Positions 23,801 through 36,350 of a DNA stretch of 64,000 nucleotides are shown one piece after another. The stretch is from Gnetum montanum (Eukaryota > Plantae > Gnetophyta). The stretch is taken from NCBI GenBank assembly GCA_015680685.1, contig MNCI01000270.1, positions 176,200 through 240,199 on the forward strand. The letters run 5' to 3'. The translations under genes were made by a program, and so were the position numbers. Position 1 is the first letter of the stretch; each line of letters begins with the position of its first letter. Below the pieces are notes generated by a model, which searched no databases, had not been told where the DNA came from, and saw only the letters and a program-made list of their open reading frames with translations.

Positions 23801-26800
23801 CCAAGCAAACTTCCAGATTTGGCAACAGAATAGACAGTTGCTAATTTAAACATACAGCAAAACCTATCTTAACCAGAAACAACATCACAATTACATTTAG
23901 TTGTTCGTTACTATCATCATATCTTAACATGTCACATGGTAAGGAGGTTGATCACAAGAGTTCAACTAACTAATATCAGCCTTTTACAGCAATAAATTCT
24001 GAAAAAAACAAAGTTTCCAGTCCAAAAATGTTCAAAGACAACATCCTACAGAACCATGAACAAACTGAAGGAAATTTTTTTGACCTACTCAAGGTGCACC
24101 ACTAAGTTTAGCAATTTTAGTGGTTTTGGTTAAAAAAAACAACCTAATCCCCCTAAAACAGCTTACAAAGAGGTCCTGAAATTTTAGAATTCCAAGCCTC
24201 CCAACCTCCCTTGAGGAGGCTGTGAACAAGCAAGAACTACTTGTCCTTTCCAAGTGAGGAATCGGTTGCTCCAATGCCCAATACATTGCTACATTTTCTA
24301 AATCAAGGCTGACCAAGTTCAATTTGTACACCAATCATAGATGGGCATACCTAAATATGAATCCTATGCAATGCCATGGAGAACCCTAGGATCTAGGAGA
24401 TCTTACTACCAACACACCCATCAATGTTGACCAGATGAAAAGTGGATTCTCCCCTATTAATTTCTAAGCCCACCTCCTAGGCCATTCTGCAGAGTGCCAA
24501 TCGATCACCTAAGCCTGTGGGACCACCACCTGTGAGAGAAGCATGGTATCATTCACATAATGTTCTGCTAAACACTCAACCCCAACGATCTCCAATCCTT
24601 GGACATCTTCCTCCTTGCAATAGGTCTATAAAGTATCCATTGCTATAATAAATAGGAAGGGAGATAGAGGATCTCCTTGATGAAGTCCCCAACCAAAGGA
24701 GGAAAACCCCCACAATTTGCCACCAATGTCAAAAGAATAAGCTCCCAATGCCTACAACTGAATACACAAATCAACAAACTTGGGGTGAAACCCCTTGCCT
24801 AACATAATTTCCTTTAGTGCTTCCCAGCTAACTATGTTGTAAGCTTTTGGAATGTCCAGCTTCAGACACATCCCCAAGAAACTGAAATTTTGCAGCAAAT
24901 GAAGGACCTCCTACAATGGAATGACCTGATCCTATAGAAAGAGACCTTAGATGCAACTAGCCTGGTGTGCTCCCATGAAGTGTGGCATCATTGGGATCAT
25001 GTATCGTACCAACATTTTTGTAACCAATCAAATCAGGGTATTACAAACTCCTATTCATCTAAACTGTAAAGGATCTGTAGGATTAGTCATTTTTGGAATA
25101 AGGACAATCCTCGAGCAATTGACTTCCCTACAAACTTGTTGCCACTGTAGCATCAAGCTAAAGGCATCTAAAATATTCTTCCCCAGGAGGCCCGCAAACT
25201 CCTTGAAAAACTCAATGGACAAGCCATCTAGGCCAGGGGCCTTGTTTGCCTTCATTGACACCATGCCTTCTTCCAGTTCCGCTAGTATAAATGGCACCAT
25301 CAACAATCAATTCTCAGCTTCAACTATAACTTTCACTTGCATAGATAGTGGAACCATGTTGCATTTATCCCAAATCTTATTCCGATATGTATGCATCACA
25401 TTCGCTATATCTTGGGTGTGCTCAATAGTGGTCCCATCCTACACCAACTAAAGCATCCACTTCACTTGCCCCCTTGGATTTGGTAGTGGTGACAAAGCAC
25501 CTGGTATTTCTATGCCCTTCCCTAAGCTAGCATATCCATGCTCATTGCCTCTAGTATAATTCCTCTTCCACGGACACTTGCTCCTCCCTCTCAAGATGTG
25601 CCCCCAATTCTTGTTGTGCTTGTATCTTTTCAAGACACTATTGCAAAGCAACCTGGTTGGTCCAGAAGGAAATTTTTTCCTAAAGTTTTTTGGAACGGAT
25701 GGCATGTTTGAGCTAGAAAAGGCCATCTTTGAGGACATTCCACGGATCCCTAGCTCCTAGATATCCTTCACGAGGGGTCTAAGCCAAAGCTTCAATAAAC
25801 AAGAGCATTCAAAATGAAAGAGGGAGGGGGGGGGGNNNNNNNNGGCCGGCCCCAGTGGTGGTGGTTACAAGCAGATGATTGAACAGTGATCAAATGCCTA
25901 CCTCTCCTTCCCTAAAACCCGAGCTTTGAAATGCATCAAAATGTTCAAGCTTACCCATACCCAATCAATTCTAGATATCACTCAATCCCCTATTGCTCCA
26001 AGTGAAAAGGCAATTCTTGATCTCTATGTCCACTAGGTCATGGGAATCTAAGAATAACAAAAACTATTGGGAGCCTAGAGGGTCTATACTATCATTCTCA
26101 AATTTCTCCCACAAATATAAGCATCAATTGAAGTCATCCACTAAGATCCATTTGCGTTTGTCAATTACGAGCATTGTGATTCTCCTAAGCTCCTCCAACC
26201 TTGCTTCCTAGTTCTAGGCCCCATACACATTTGTAAGCCAAAAACTAGAGGAAATGATGAAATTGTTATGCTCCAAGTGGATGAGTCCACCAAATTTAAG
26301 GGCAATTGCGAAAGGACTGCCAAGCTACCTGCCCTACCCTAACAAGCAACCAACTATGTTTGCTCTCCATCCCACAATAAAAGGTGGGATTATGTATGCT
26401 GCAATTTTGTCTCCTGCAAACATACCACATCACAATCTTCACTCGAAACAATCTCTTTTAGGGTATTTCTTTCGTGGGGAATACCCTAACCCCTATAGTT
26501 TTAGGATAAGATCTTCATGCCCTACCAACTGGCCATTTCTTGTAGACCTTTTTCAAGGTCAGCTGAAATCCCAAATCAATTTTCATTTGTGTCTTCTTGG
26601 TGCAAGTGAGTGGGGTTAGAGGCCTACCATCATTCCCTGATCCTGGTGAGACTATAAAAGCTCCACAACCCTCTACAACAAGCTCCAAGATCTCAACCAT
26701 TCTAGGCATCGATGCTCCCCTTACACAATGGACACCCAATCCCCTAAAGGGGGAAGATCTACCCCTTTCCTTGTTGGAGCAAGACTTGGAGAATGGGAGG

Positions 26801-29800
26801 TGCTCCAAGCCATGAAAGAACCACCTCTCAGGGATCCAATCCCTGCAGGAATTACTACAGGAGCAAATTTTGGCACATGAACCATAGTGGGAGCAAGTTC
26901 TGATGCAAGATGTCCCCATCGCCCCACCCACATCCATCCCTCGTTGCCCTACTTAGGAGGTGTCAATGCCTTGGCTCGAACCTTGCATGCAGATGCCAAA
27001 CGGTTCACCTTCCCACAAATGGTGCAAATAGAGACAGTCCGATCAATGCCAGTTTTATCTATGGGGATGTTTTCATATTCCACTAGGATCTTTTCTTCCC
27101 CAAACAAAAGGTCCAAGACCATTTACACAAGGTCTCTTGAGGACAACGATTTCCAAACACAAAAACAAGCAAAGCCCATTTGTTCCATAGAACCAACAAA
27201 CCTATCAAACGTAATGAATTCTCCAAAAAACCCTCCAAGGGTTTTCAAAAAGTCAAGCATCCACATCTCCCATGGGATACCTGATACCTAGATCCACACG
27301 GGCACAAGGGGGAAAAGGTCCACGTCCCTATGCACCCTCAGGCACCAAGGAGTTAACACCAAGCCCCAAGCTCCATAAAACCATAGCTCCCCAAGAGAAC
27401 TTTGTCTTGGTCAATGGACAAACTGGAAGACAATGAGGAGTAATTCCTCTAAGAGACTACGTATCTCAATCTCCCCTAAGCCCCATGTTGTAACTACACA
27501 TTTCTTGATCAAATCTAGCTTAGGTCTTGCTCCATTTGATACAAACTTACCAATCAAACTCCACTCTGTTGTCTGGACACCTTCGCATGGTGGCCGTCGA
27601 ACCTACAAACACATGGTGCCCTCCTATCAAGAATAGGCTTCAATACCCCTGTTGCCTAGCTGCCAACCTGCCAAGTCTTTGTCCAACGTTGTCCTCCCTC
27701 CCTTGATCCCCTCATCGGTACCTCCGCCAATGCTTCCACTTCGACCCCATCCCATGAGAATGCCAAGGCCATCTTGCTCCCCAATGGACCCAAGGTGTGA
27801 GGATCCATGTACCCCATCCATTACTTTGCCCGCAACCTGTCCAACAGCATCTACACTGGCATCAGTGCCCACTCCTGCATCTACTCCCTCACCTGCTCCT
27901 GTTCCCACTCCCATAACTCTCCCATTCTCCTCGCCCTACCAATTATGTCACATGCAATGAAATCATTTCTTTTTCCATCTTAGCACACATTGCTCAAATT
28001 CTAGCAACACAACAATTTTCATGCAATTGACTTAGCATGCACTTGTTTGAACAAGAAGGTAAGATCTTGAATAATTTATCAAGAGGCTTTCTCCAAGGGT
28101 TGCAATTTCCTTTATTATTAAGAAATCTTCTCATTGAAAGGGGCTACAGTAAGACATGGTTTTTGCAACATGTTAGCATTGTTATCATGGACTATAACTG
28201 TTAGAACATAGGCATAAAGTTAAATAAAATCAAACTAATAAGAAGTTATCCCATGATCCATAGCATGTCCCATGTTATGTAATGTGCATCCATACCTGCC
28301 ATGTGCTTATTTCAATTTCAGTAATCAAATCATTGCTAATCAGATTCTTCAGGTAAACCAAAAATTAGAAACCAAATCATTTCTAGTTTAATTGCTACTC
28401 TAACTCTAGTTTGATTGCATGCTTTAGTGAAGATTTGGTTGGCCACTCCACATATCAGAGTGTTTGCACATACAATTTAATTAATCATTTTTCATCATTC
28501 ACTACAATGAAGCTCTACGTTTTCTCTCTTCACCAAACCAATTTCTTACTACATGATTTTGACGATTGCGCTTCTAGACACTTCACCAGAGAGAAGACTT
28601 AACAAGCCGGAGCCTGCACCCTTCGGAAAGATTCAAAATCTAGTTTTTTAAATAATATCTTTCTTACCTTGTTAGAAAAAATATTAACTATCATATATGA
28701 TAGGGCATTCTGAAATGTTTATATCGTATGATACTTAAAAATATATTTCGCAACACAACTACCTTATAAACCTTTAAACTGAAAAAATTTATTCTTAATA
28801 ACAAAGCTGAAAAGTATATGACACTTTTTAAGTTTCAACTAAGACATCACCTGGTAGTGGATGAGATTTAAAATATAATCTGGACGTGACTCTGATGTCC
28901 CAATCTTGAGACAATACATATGAGCTCCCCTATCTGCCGTGTGGAATATATTGTCAACAGAAACCAATGCAGAAAAAACTCTATATGATAACTAACAAAG
29001 ATTAAAAATTCAGAAAAAGCCATTTGAAAGATGTCAACAATCTCCAAAATAAAAATTTACAAGATTTTTAATAATAAATTAAAGGAAATACAAAATATGA
29101 GAAGAGAACAAAATTAAGTAGAAGTAAACATAACTCCTGCATAAGTATATGAGCATGACAAGATGTGGACAAATCCTTGCATCTCTCCACTACCAACATA
29201 TGTTCAATGTCATTGACATAAAATATTTAAATATTATATTATACTGTTTTAGCATAACCTTTGTAATCTTTTCCTAGTTTTACAAAATTCATCACTAGAA
29301 AAAAAAAAGAAACATCAGCAAAATCCATCTTGTTTCTCTGCTAGGCAACCGTTCATCGCTGTCAGTTTTCCAACTTGGTCGAAATGTAACAGCATTGAAT
29401 ACTAGGGCAATACTGCCCATACCACAGCAGCAGCTGCTCTTAGAAAATGGGGTAACCGTGGTAGCACCTAGATTTTTGAGCTTTTGTCATTCATTACTAG
29501 AGCTGAAACTGGACTGGCTATGGTTTGTCCATTTCGCTTTGGAGTTTTGCCAATAGCAGTGCCCTGCATGTTCTCCTATGTTGGTGACTTCATTTGGCAT
29601 ATTTCTGTAGGGTAATGTAGGTACATTAGCAGGGAAATGCCTAAGGTAATTCCAGGGTCGTTCCCCAGCTAACACTCGTCCATCCGAATCAAAATGAACT
29701 AGCGCAATCATCTCTTTGGTCCTTCATACTAATCACCTTATCCCATGCTTGCAAAAATATATAGTAAAAATTTATGTTTTCTTTTTTCAAATTACTCATA

Positions 29801-32800
29801 TCATTAGCCATGTACATGCAAACACTCTCAACTTCAACTTTATTAATTTAAGGTGCTGATACTACTAGAGATAAAATATGAAAATGATATAATCAATTGA
29901 CTTTTATAAATTTATTCATTTGGTCTAAGAATTTAAAATGAAATTTCTCTTATAACCTTCTATGAATTATTCAATACATTTAGTAAAATATTGTGACATT
30001 GTGAAAAGGTCTATTGCTGTACTTTTTTGAAAAATTCAGCTGAAAAAAAATGTGAAGTAATGAAAACTTTTTCCTGCTCAGTCACATATTTTTGGTCAAT
30101 TCAGCTATTTTTCATGGACTTTTTAATCACTGGTAAACAATATAGTTGATAAATGTTATTATCAATAAATAATTAAATATTAATCCCTTGTTATTCAGGG
30201 TAAATATACTGGTAGCCATAATAGTTTATAGAAGCTATTATCAGTAAACAAAGAAATATCAATGCCCTTGTTACACAACCCAAGTATAAAGGATATGTAG
30301 AGCCCTGCAAGACGGACAACATTGCCACCAACGCTAAGCACTGCTTCCTCTGAACGTATAAGAATATCTGTACGAGAACTAATTCCCAGTGGCACTATAG
30401 GGTTATCCTGTTCAAGCACACAAGCAGCAAATACGGTTACCATTGAATGCATATCTTGCTATACTTGAGCTGCTAATACATGGTTACTGCACCAAAAAAT
30501 AATTTTAAAAAGAAAAAGAAAAAACAGTGCTACTAAAATTTTGTCATCTAATAGAATCATGAATGACAAGAAAACCAGCCTGGTTTGTGGAAACTAGACA
30601 CAGGAGTAAGAACGCAATAAAGCAGACATGAGCTTGGACATCAGTCAACATATAGCATTAGAGATACCAATAGGGCTAAAGTCCTTGAGCCGAATGCATC
30701 GCTGCTTTTTTGCAATCAGAATGATCCTAGTACAATTCAAAGCAAGAGAGATAGTACCAGAGACAAACATGATGTTAGCAAGGTCCAAAATGTTGTTTCC
30801 CACAGTATCAAACAATTCCTTAAAGAATTCCATGGACCCTCCATCTTACCCCGGCACATTATGTATCTTCATGGGGTTGAAGGCCTTCCAAAATTCCTGT
30901 CTAGACATTGTTGCTAAAATTCTGCTATTGTACTCATCCAATATGATTTTATCTATATGAACTTAAAGGGGGGTGATATCACCGTTCACCACAAATTCTA
31001 ATGATACTTTTGCAACTCCCATCAAATTTCAACCATATCGGTAATCCTTCCCTCCATTAAGTTGACATACGTGACTCTGTTCACAATGCTAGTTGCCCAC
31101 CTTGCGGAAAATATTGGAATGTTTGTCCCTCTCCTGAAGCCATCTAACTTTGGATCACTGCTACCAAATTGGCATAGATTGCTTGCAACTCCCACAGGAT
31201 CTCAGCTTCTTCACGGGTCTGGCCAGGATATTCTTCTATTTGTTAGTGGCATTCCATGAGCTAGTCCTCAAGCTCTTTCTTCCTTCTCTGAAAGGAGTAT
31301 CTTTGATCCATGTCCCATTTATTGATGAATTTCTAAACAGCCTGTAATCCATTATGTAACAATGCTGCACAGCTGTTTCCATTGATAGAATTGCCAAAGC
31401 TCTAGAATTCTTGTACAAAGAGATTCCTGTAATTGCTCATACTTGGAACAGAGATCAGAAAGATACAGATCAGTAGTTTATGATGATGAAATCTTTACAG
31501 GATCCAGCAGTAGCTTGGACCTTAAAGAATGGATCTGGACACATTAATAAAATTTAAAGAGTTTTGCTAGCATATGTGATCTTTCAAATGTGGAAGGAAA
31601 GCCATAGAAGAACATTTCAAGGGCCAGAGATCAATCTAAATAAACAGTAATGGTATGCAGTGAAAATTTTGAAAGAGGTGATATTTAAAAATGGGTCTTG
31701 ACAAGAGAAATTTTCACTCTCAATTGACATGCAAAGTTTTACCAAGAAAAAGGAAGAGATGGACAGAGGTATTGAGGCAAGCAAACAGCATGGCAGGGAG
31801 GAGAGTCAGTGAGATAGTGGGCTAGGGAATGCATCTGGCAGGGACTTTGGTGATGATAGTGAGGAGCTCGGTGAGGAGGGGACAATCAGGAGTGGTGGTG
31901 GCTCCTTCATGTTCTCCTACAAGCAAGGGTCCTACGCAAGAGAGATCTTAGGCAAAAGGGGACAGTCTTGTTGGCAGTGCAGGGCATGCCAATGGCTAGC
32001 ACTCTAGAGTGGGTGGCATTGATACATTTTCATAGTCCAGGGGGTCTATGCATCTACAAATGCAGGGTCCTACGCGGGAAGGTTTGCAAACGATAAAGCT
32101 TAGACTTATAGGGAAGTTCATGTCCACTCGTGCTAGGCCACGTCTAGAGCTTGTGCAGCACGGGGTTGCTGCTTCATGGAGGTGGCCGAGGTGCAAACTC
32201 ACTTGCTTATGGGGGTCCTACTGTTGTTTATCTTCCAAAGTAAGGAGGATTGGGACAGTGTCTTGTTGGGAGGTCCATGGTTCTTCTTTGCCAAGGGCCT
32301 AGCCCTTACACATTGGAGGTTGGGGGATCCATCAAGATCCTGGCCTTCTCATGTGGGCCCTTGTGTGGGTGAGGGTGTCAGTGATTCCATGGGAGTTGTG
32401 GATGGTGGACTTTAAAGCCACTCACAAGCTTCTTCAACAAGTTTATTACTTTTGATAAATTTACAACTTTGAAAGAACAAATGGGATTTGCTAGGTTTTG
32501 TGTTTGGCAGTTGCTAGGCCCCAACCTATTAGAAGAACAAATGGGATTTGCTCGAGGCAAAAAGACATAGCTAGATATTAAGTTAGGAATGTAGCCGACC
32601 CTGAAAGAGGTCTACAAGAAGCGTTCTGTGGGTAACGTATAAAGATTTTGTCATGGAACTATAGGGGATAGGGTGTGCCCTACGAAAGAAATACCTTGAA
32701 GGAGATTGTGAGAAATGAGGCATGTGACGTGATCTGTCTCCAGGAGACAAAGCTATAGTTGCTTGAGGCTCATCATCTGAGGTGGAAGGGTTGGAACTTG

Positions 32801-35800
32801 CAGCTGGTGCCTTGTCAGGGCCACAAGGAGGGCCTTGTGATTCTATCCAAATTCCCACTTAACTTGTTGGATTCTTCAGTTTGGAGCATTACAGTTGACA
32901 TTCCCTTGATCAGGTTTTGCCTGACCAATTTCTATGGGGCCCAAGTTTGGGAGACTTGGCTGCAAGAACTGAGGCAGGTGGCGACTCTAGTGCCTCGTCA
33001 AAGATTTCAATCAGCATCTACATCCATGGGAGAAGTTGGGGATGGATAATACTGATCCACCGAGGGCCCAAGAATTCCAAGGATTCCTGAATACGTACGT
33101 ACTTGTGGATATGGAGATTGACAATTGTTGCTTCATGTGGAGCAACAGGAGATGCGGCAAAGATTGGGTCCTATCCAAAATCGACCGACTATGGGTTAAC
33201 TTAGAACTCTTGCTATAATTTGATGTTCAGGTTTTGGGGAAGGAGCAGCAAGCTTCAAATCACTGCTCCATTGTCTGTCAATTAGGGTAGCACCACAAAA
33301 GGCCTCCTCCCCCATTTCAGTTTGAGTGCTCTTGGTTACTCAAGCCTTGGTTACGCCCACTTGCAGAGGAGATTTTTTCTTTTTCTCTTTTTTTTGTTGT
33401 TGTGGTATAATAATAGTAGGGGTGACCCAAGAGATTTCCTTCGTCATGGTTTGCTCAAGCTGAAGTGGGCAATCAAATCCCAAACACTTGAAGATAAGGT
33501 TTCCTTTCGAGCATGCCGAAGGGGCCTCTAGGCCTACCTGAGAGATATTCAAGTCCAGTAGGAGCAAGGGGCGCGACTAAAGGATGAAGAGGATGATATC
33601 CTGAAGCAGCTACAAAGTCTCGATCTAGAGGAGGAAGTGTATTGGAAATAGTGTTCCAGGGTTAGATGGCTCATGAAGGAGGATAGGCACACACAATTCT
33701 TTTTTGCCACTACCAAAATCCAAAGGACATGTTAAGTGCGCACTTCATCTGGTGCAAGATGGGGCTACAATAGAGGACCCTTGAGACATTGTGAAAGTCA
33801 TGGGAGACTATTGGGCCAACACTTGGGGTAAAAGGCAAACCTTGCCACTTTCAGTGAAAGTTCAACATGTGTTGGGAGAAGAGGACAATCTATCGCTAGT
33901 GGCTCCTTTCACGATGCAAGGGTTAAGCACAGCCATGACGTCTATGAAGGTTGGCAAAGCTCCTAGTCTAGATGGCTGGAGTATTGAATTTTTTAGGGAG
34001 TTTGCAAACCTCCTTTGATAGAATGTGTTGGACGCTTTCAACTTGATGCTAAGGAGACGATAGGTCAGATGGGAGCTTAACTACTCTAGAATTGCTCTTA
34101 TCCCCAAACGGCCTAATCCGTCGAATCTGGCACATTTTAGGCCTATTGGGGTCTGTAATGTGCTAATCCAGATCTTTACAAAGATGTTGGTGCATCGGTT
34201 GGTTCCACTTATGTCAAGGCTGGTTGGGGAACACCAAGTGGGCTTTATTAGAGGCACATTCTTACAAGATCAAGTGATCTTGATGTAGGAGGTCCTTCAC
34301 GCCATGAGGGAAGCTAAGTTTCCAACAATGTACCTAAAACTAGATATTACGAAGCCTATCATACAATGAGTTGGGAGGCCTTGTCCACGATTATGATTAA
34401 TAAAGGGTTTGATCCCAACTTTGTTAGTTTGTGCATTCACATACAGGCCTTAGGGGCATATTCCTTTGATGTTGTGGGGAGGTTTTGGGAGTTCTCCTCG
34501 CCTGGTAGTGGTCTTCAACAAAAGGACCCACTTTCTCCTTTATTATTCATCATTGCGATGGATACTTTGTAATTATATTGTAGGGTGGAGGGGGTTAGAG
34601 GGCTTGAGATTGCGGAGGTGGAATGTTTGGCTAAGCATTACACTGACAATACCATGCTGCTCTCCAAGGCAGTGGTTACACAGGCACTGGGGATTGAACG
34701 TGCCCTTCAACACATGGCCTTGGAGATTGGTTTAGAGATCAATCGGGGAAAATCATCACTCCACTTACTCAAAGCTGATGCACAACTGGGGAACCGAATT
34801 TCACAGGTGATATGGATCCTTTGTGGCACTGTGCAAGATTCTTATCTACGTATGGGAGGAAGTATATGTGGATGAAGTTGGTGCAAAAACTGGAAACTCG
34901 GATTGGGCACCAAGCCAACCGCTTCATGACTCAAAAAGCTAGAATTGTACTAGCAATGGGGGTTCTATCTGCCATTGCTCAATTCATGGCATTGGTGGCT
35001 TCTCCTCTATAGGCCACTATTCAAAAGATCAATCAATTGGTGCATAATTTTATTTGGTTTGGGGGGTGAGAGGGTAACCACATGCATTTAATTGGCTAGG
35101 AGACTATCACACATGCTAGGAGGCAGGTGAGCTAGGTGTGTTCAAATTTGAAGATGAAATCATGACAAGACATCAACGGCTAATAATAAGCTTGCTGCAA
35201 AATCAAGAGGGGGCTGCCCAATGGATAAAAATAATGGCCCAAAAATATAGGCATTGAGAAGCGGGCCTACACGATTCAATGATGTGAAAGACACTTTGCA
35301 AACATGTGCAAGTTGTGCTAGGGCAAGGTCTACTGGGGGGAGCTTCCGTGGTGAATCATTCGAGGGCAAACCCCACCGGTGGAAGGTTAGAAAAAAATCT
35401 GGCAAGGCCAATTACTGAAGAAAGTTAAGATGTTTATTTGGCTCATTGCTCATGATGCGCTTCTCGTGCATGCGATTCTAAGGTGACGGGGGTTACAAAT
35501 TAATGACAAATACCCATTATGTTCCGACAACCCCAAGACAATGGAACACTTCATTTATCAATGCCCTTACATAGCAAACACTTGGTGAGCTACAACATTG
35601 CATGGGCTTGTTGGTTTAACCAGAGATTCAAAGGTGGCGACAATCCTTTGGGAATCTGGAGGGCTCGCAACAACATTGTTTTTCAGTCGATGTACTTACC
35701 TCCAATAGCATAGGTAGCAACTAACAATGCTTAGCTCTCACAAAAAGTGATGGTGGCAATGGGTGTGACACCCACTTTCGAACCAACATGCACAATCTAC

Positions 35801-36307
35801 TATGCTAATCGAAAGCTATGGTGGCTGGTTGAGGGGGTTGGGTGGGATGAGGTCTTGCCCCTACTGGAAGGGGACCTAGAGTTGGCTCATGATTCTTTCT
35901 TTTCAAACTAGAATGGGGAGGTCATTGTTTTCCGTGAGGTTAGAATCGTGCTTATGAGGTCATTGTTGTCAATAGGACGTGGACTACAAGACACTAACAT
36001 CTTTTTCAATGGCATAATGCCACATACCAATAGTGGCTAAGTGCCAAAATTGTCACTGCCTCTAGTTTGGTAGCAGGCGGCTAAGCTTGTGGACCACTTT
36101 TTGGTCCAATCTGGCAATGTTTGGAAGCTCCAAAGCATGCACTTCACCTTGCTGAAGTGTTTGCAACTTGCGTGTCACATGAACTTGCCTAAGTTCTCCT
36201 TGGAGTCACTCCACAAGCAACGTAGGGACAGACAATCAAGGTTAATTCTTGCACTTTGGCGGGCTGCGTTGCCGACACCACCATCAAGGCCTACCCACGC
36301 CGCCACC

Positions 36308-36350
<43 letters not shown>

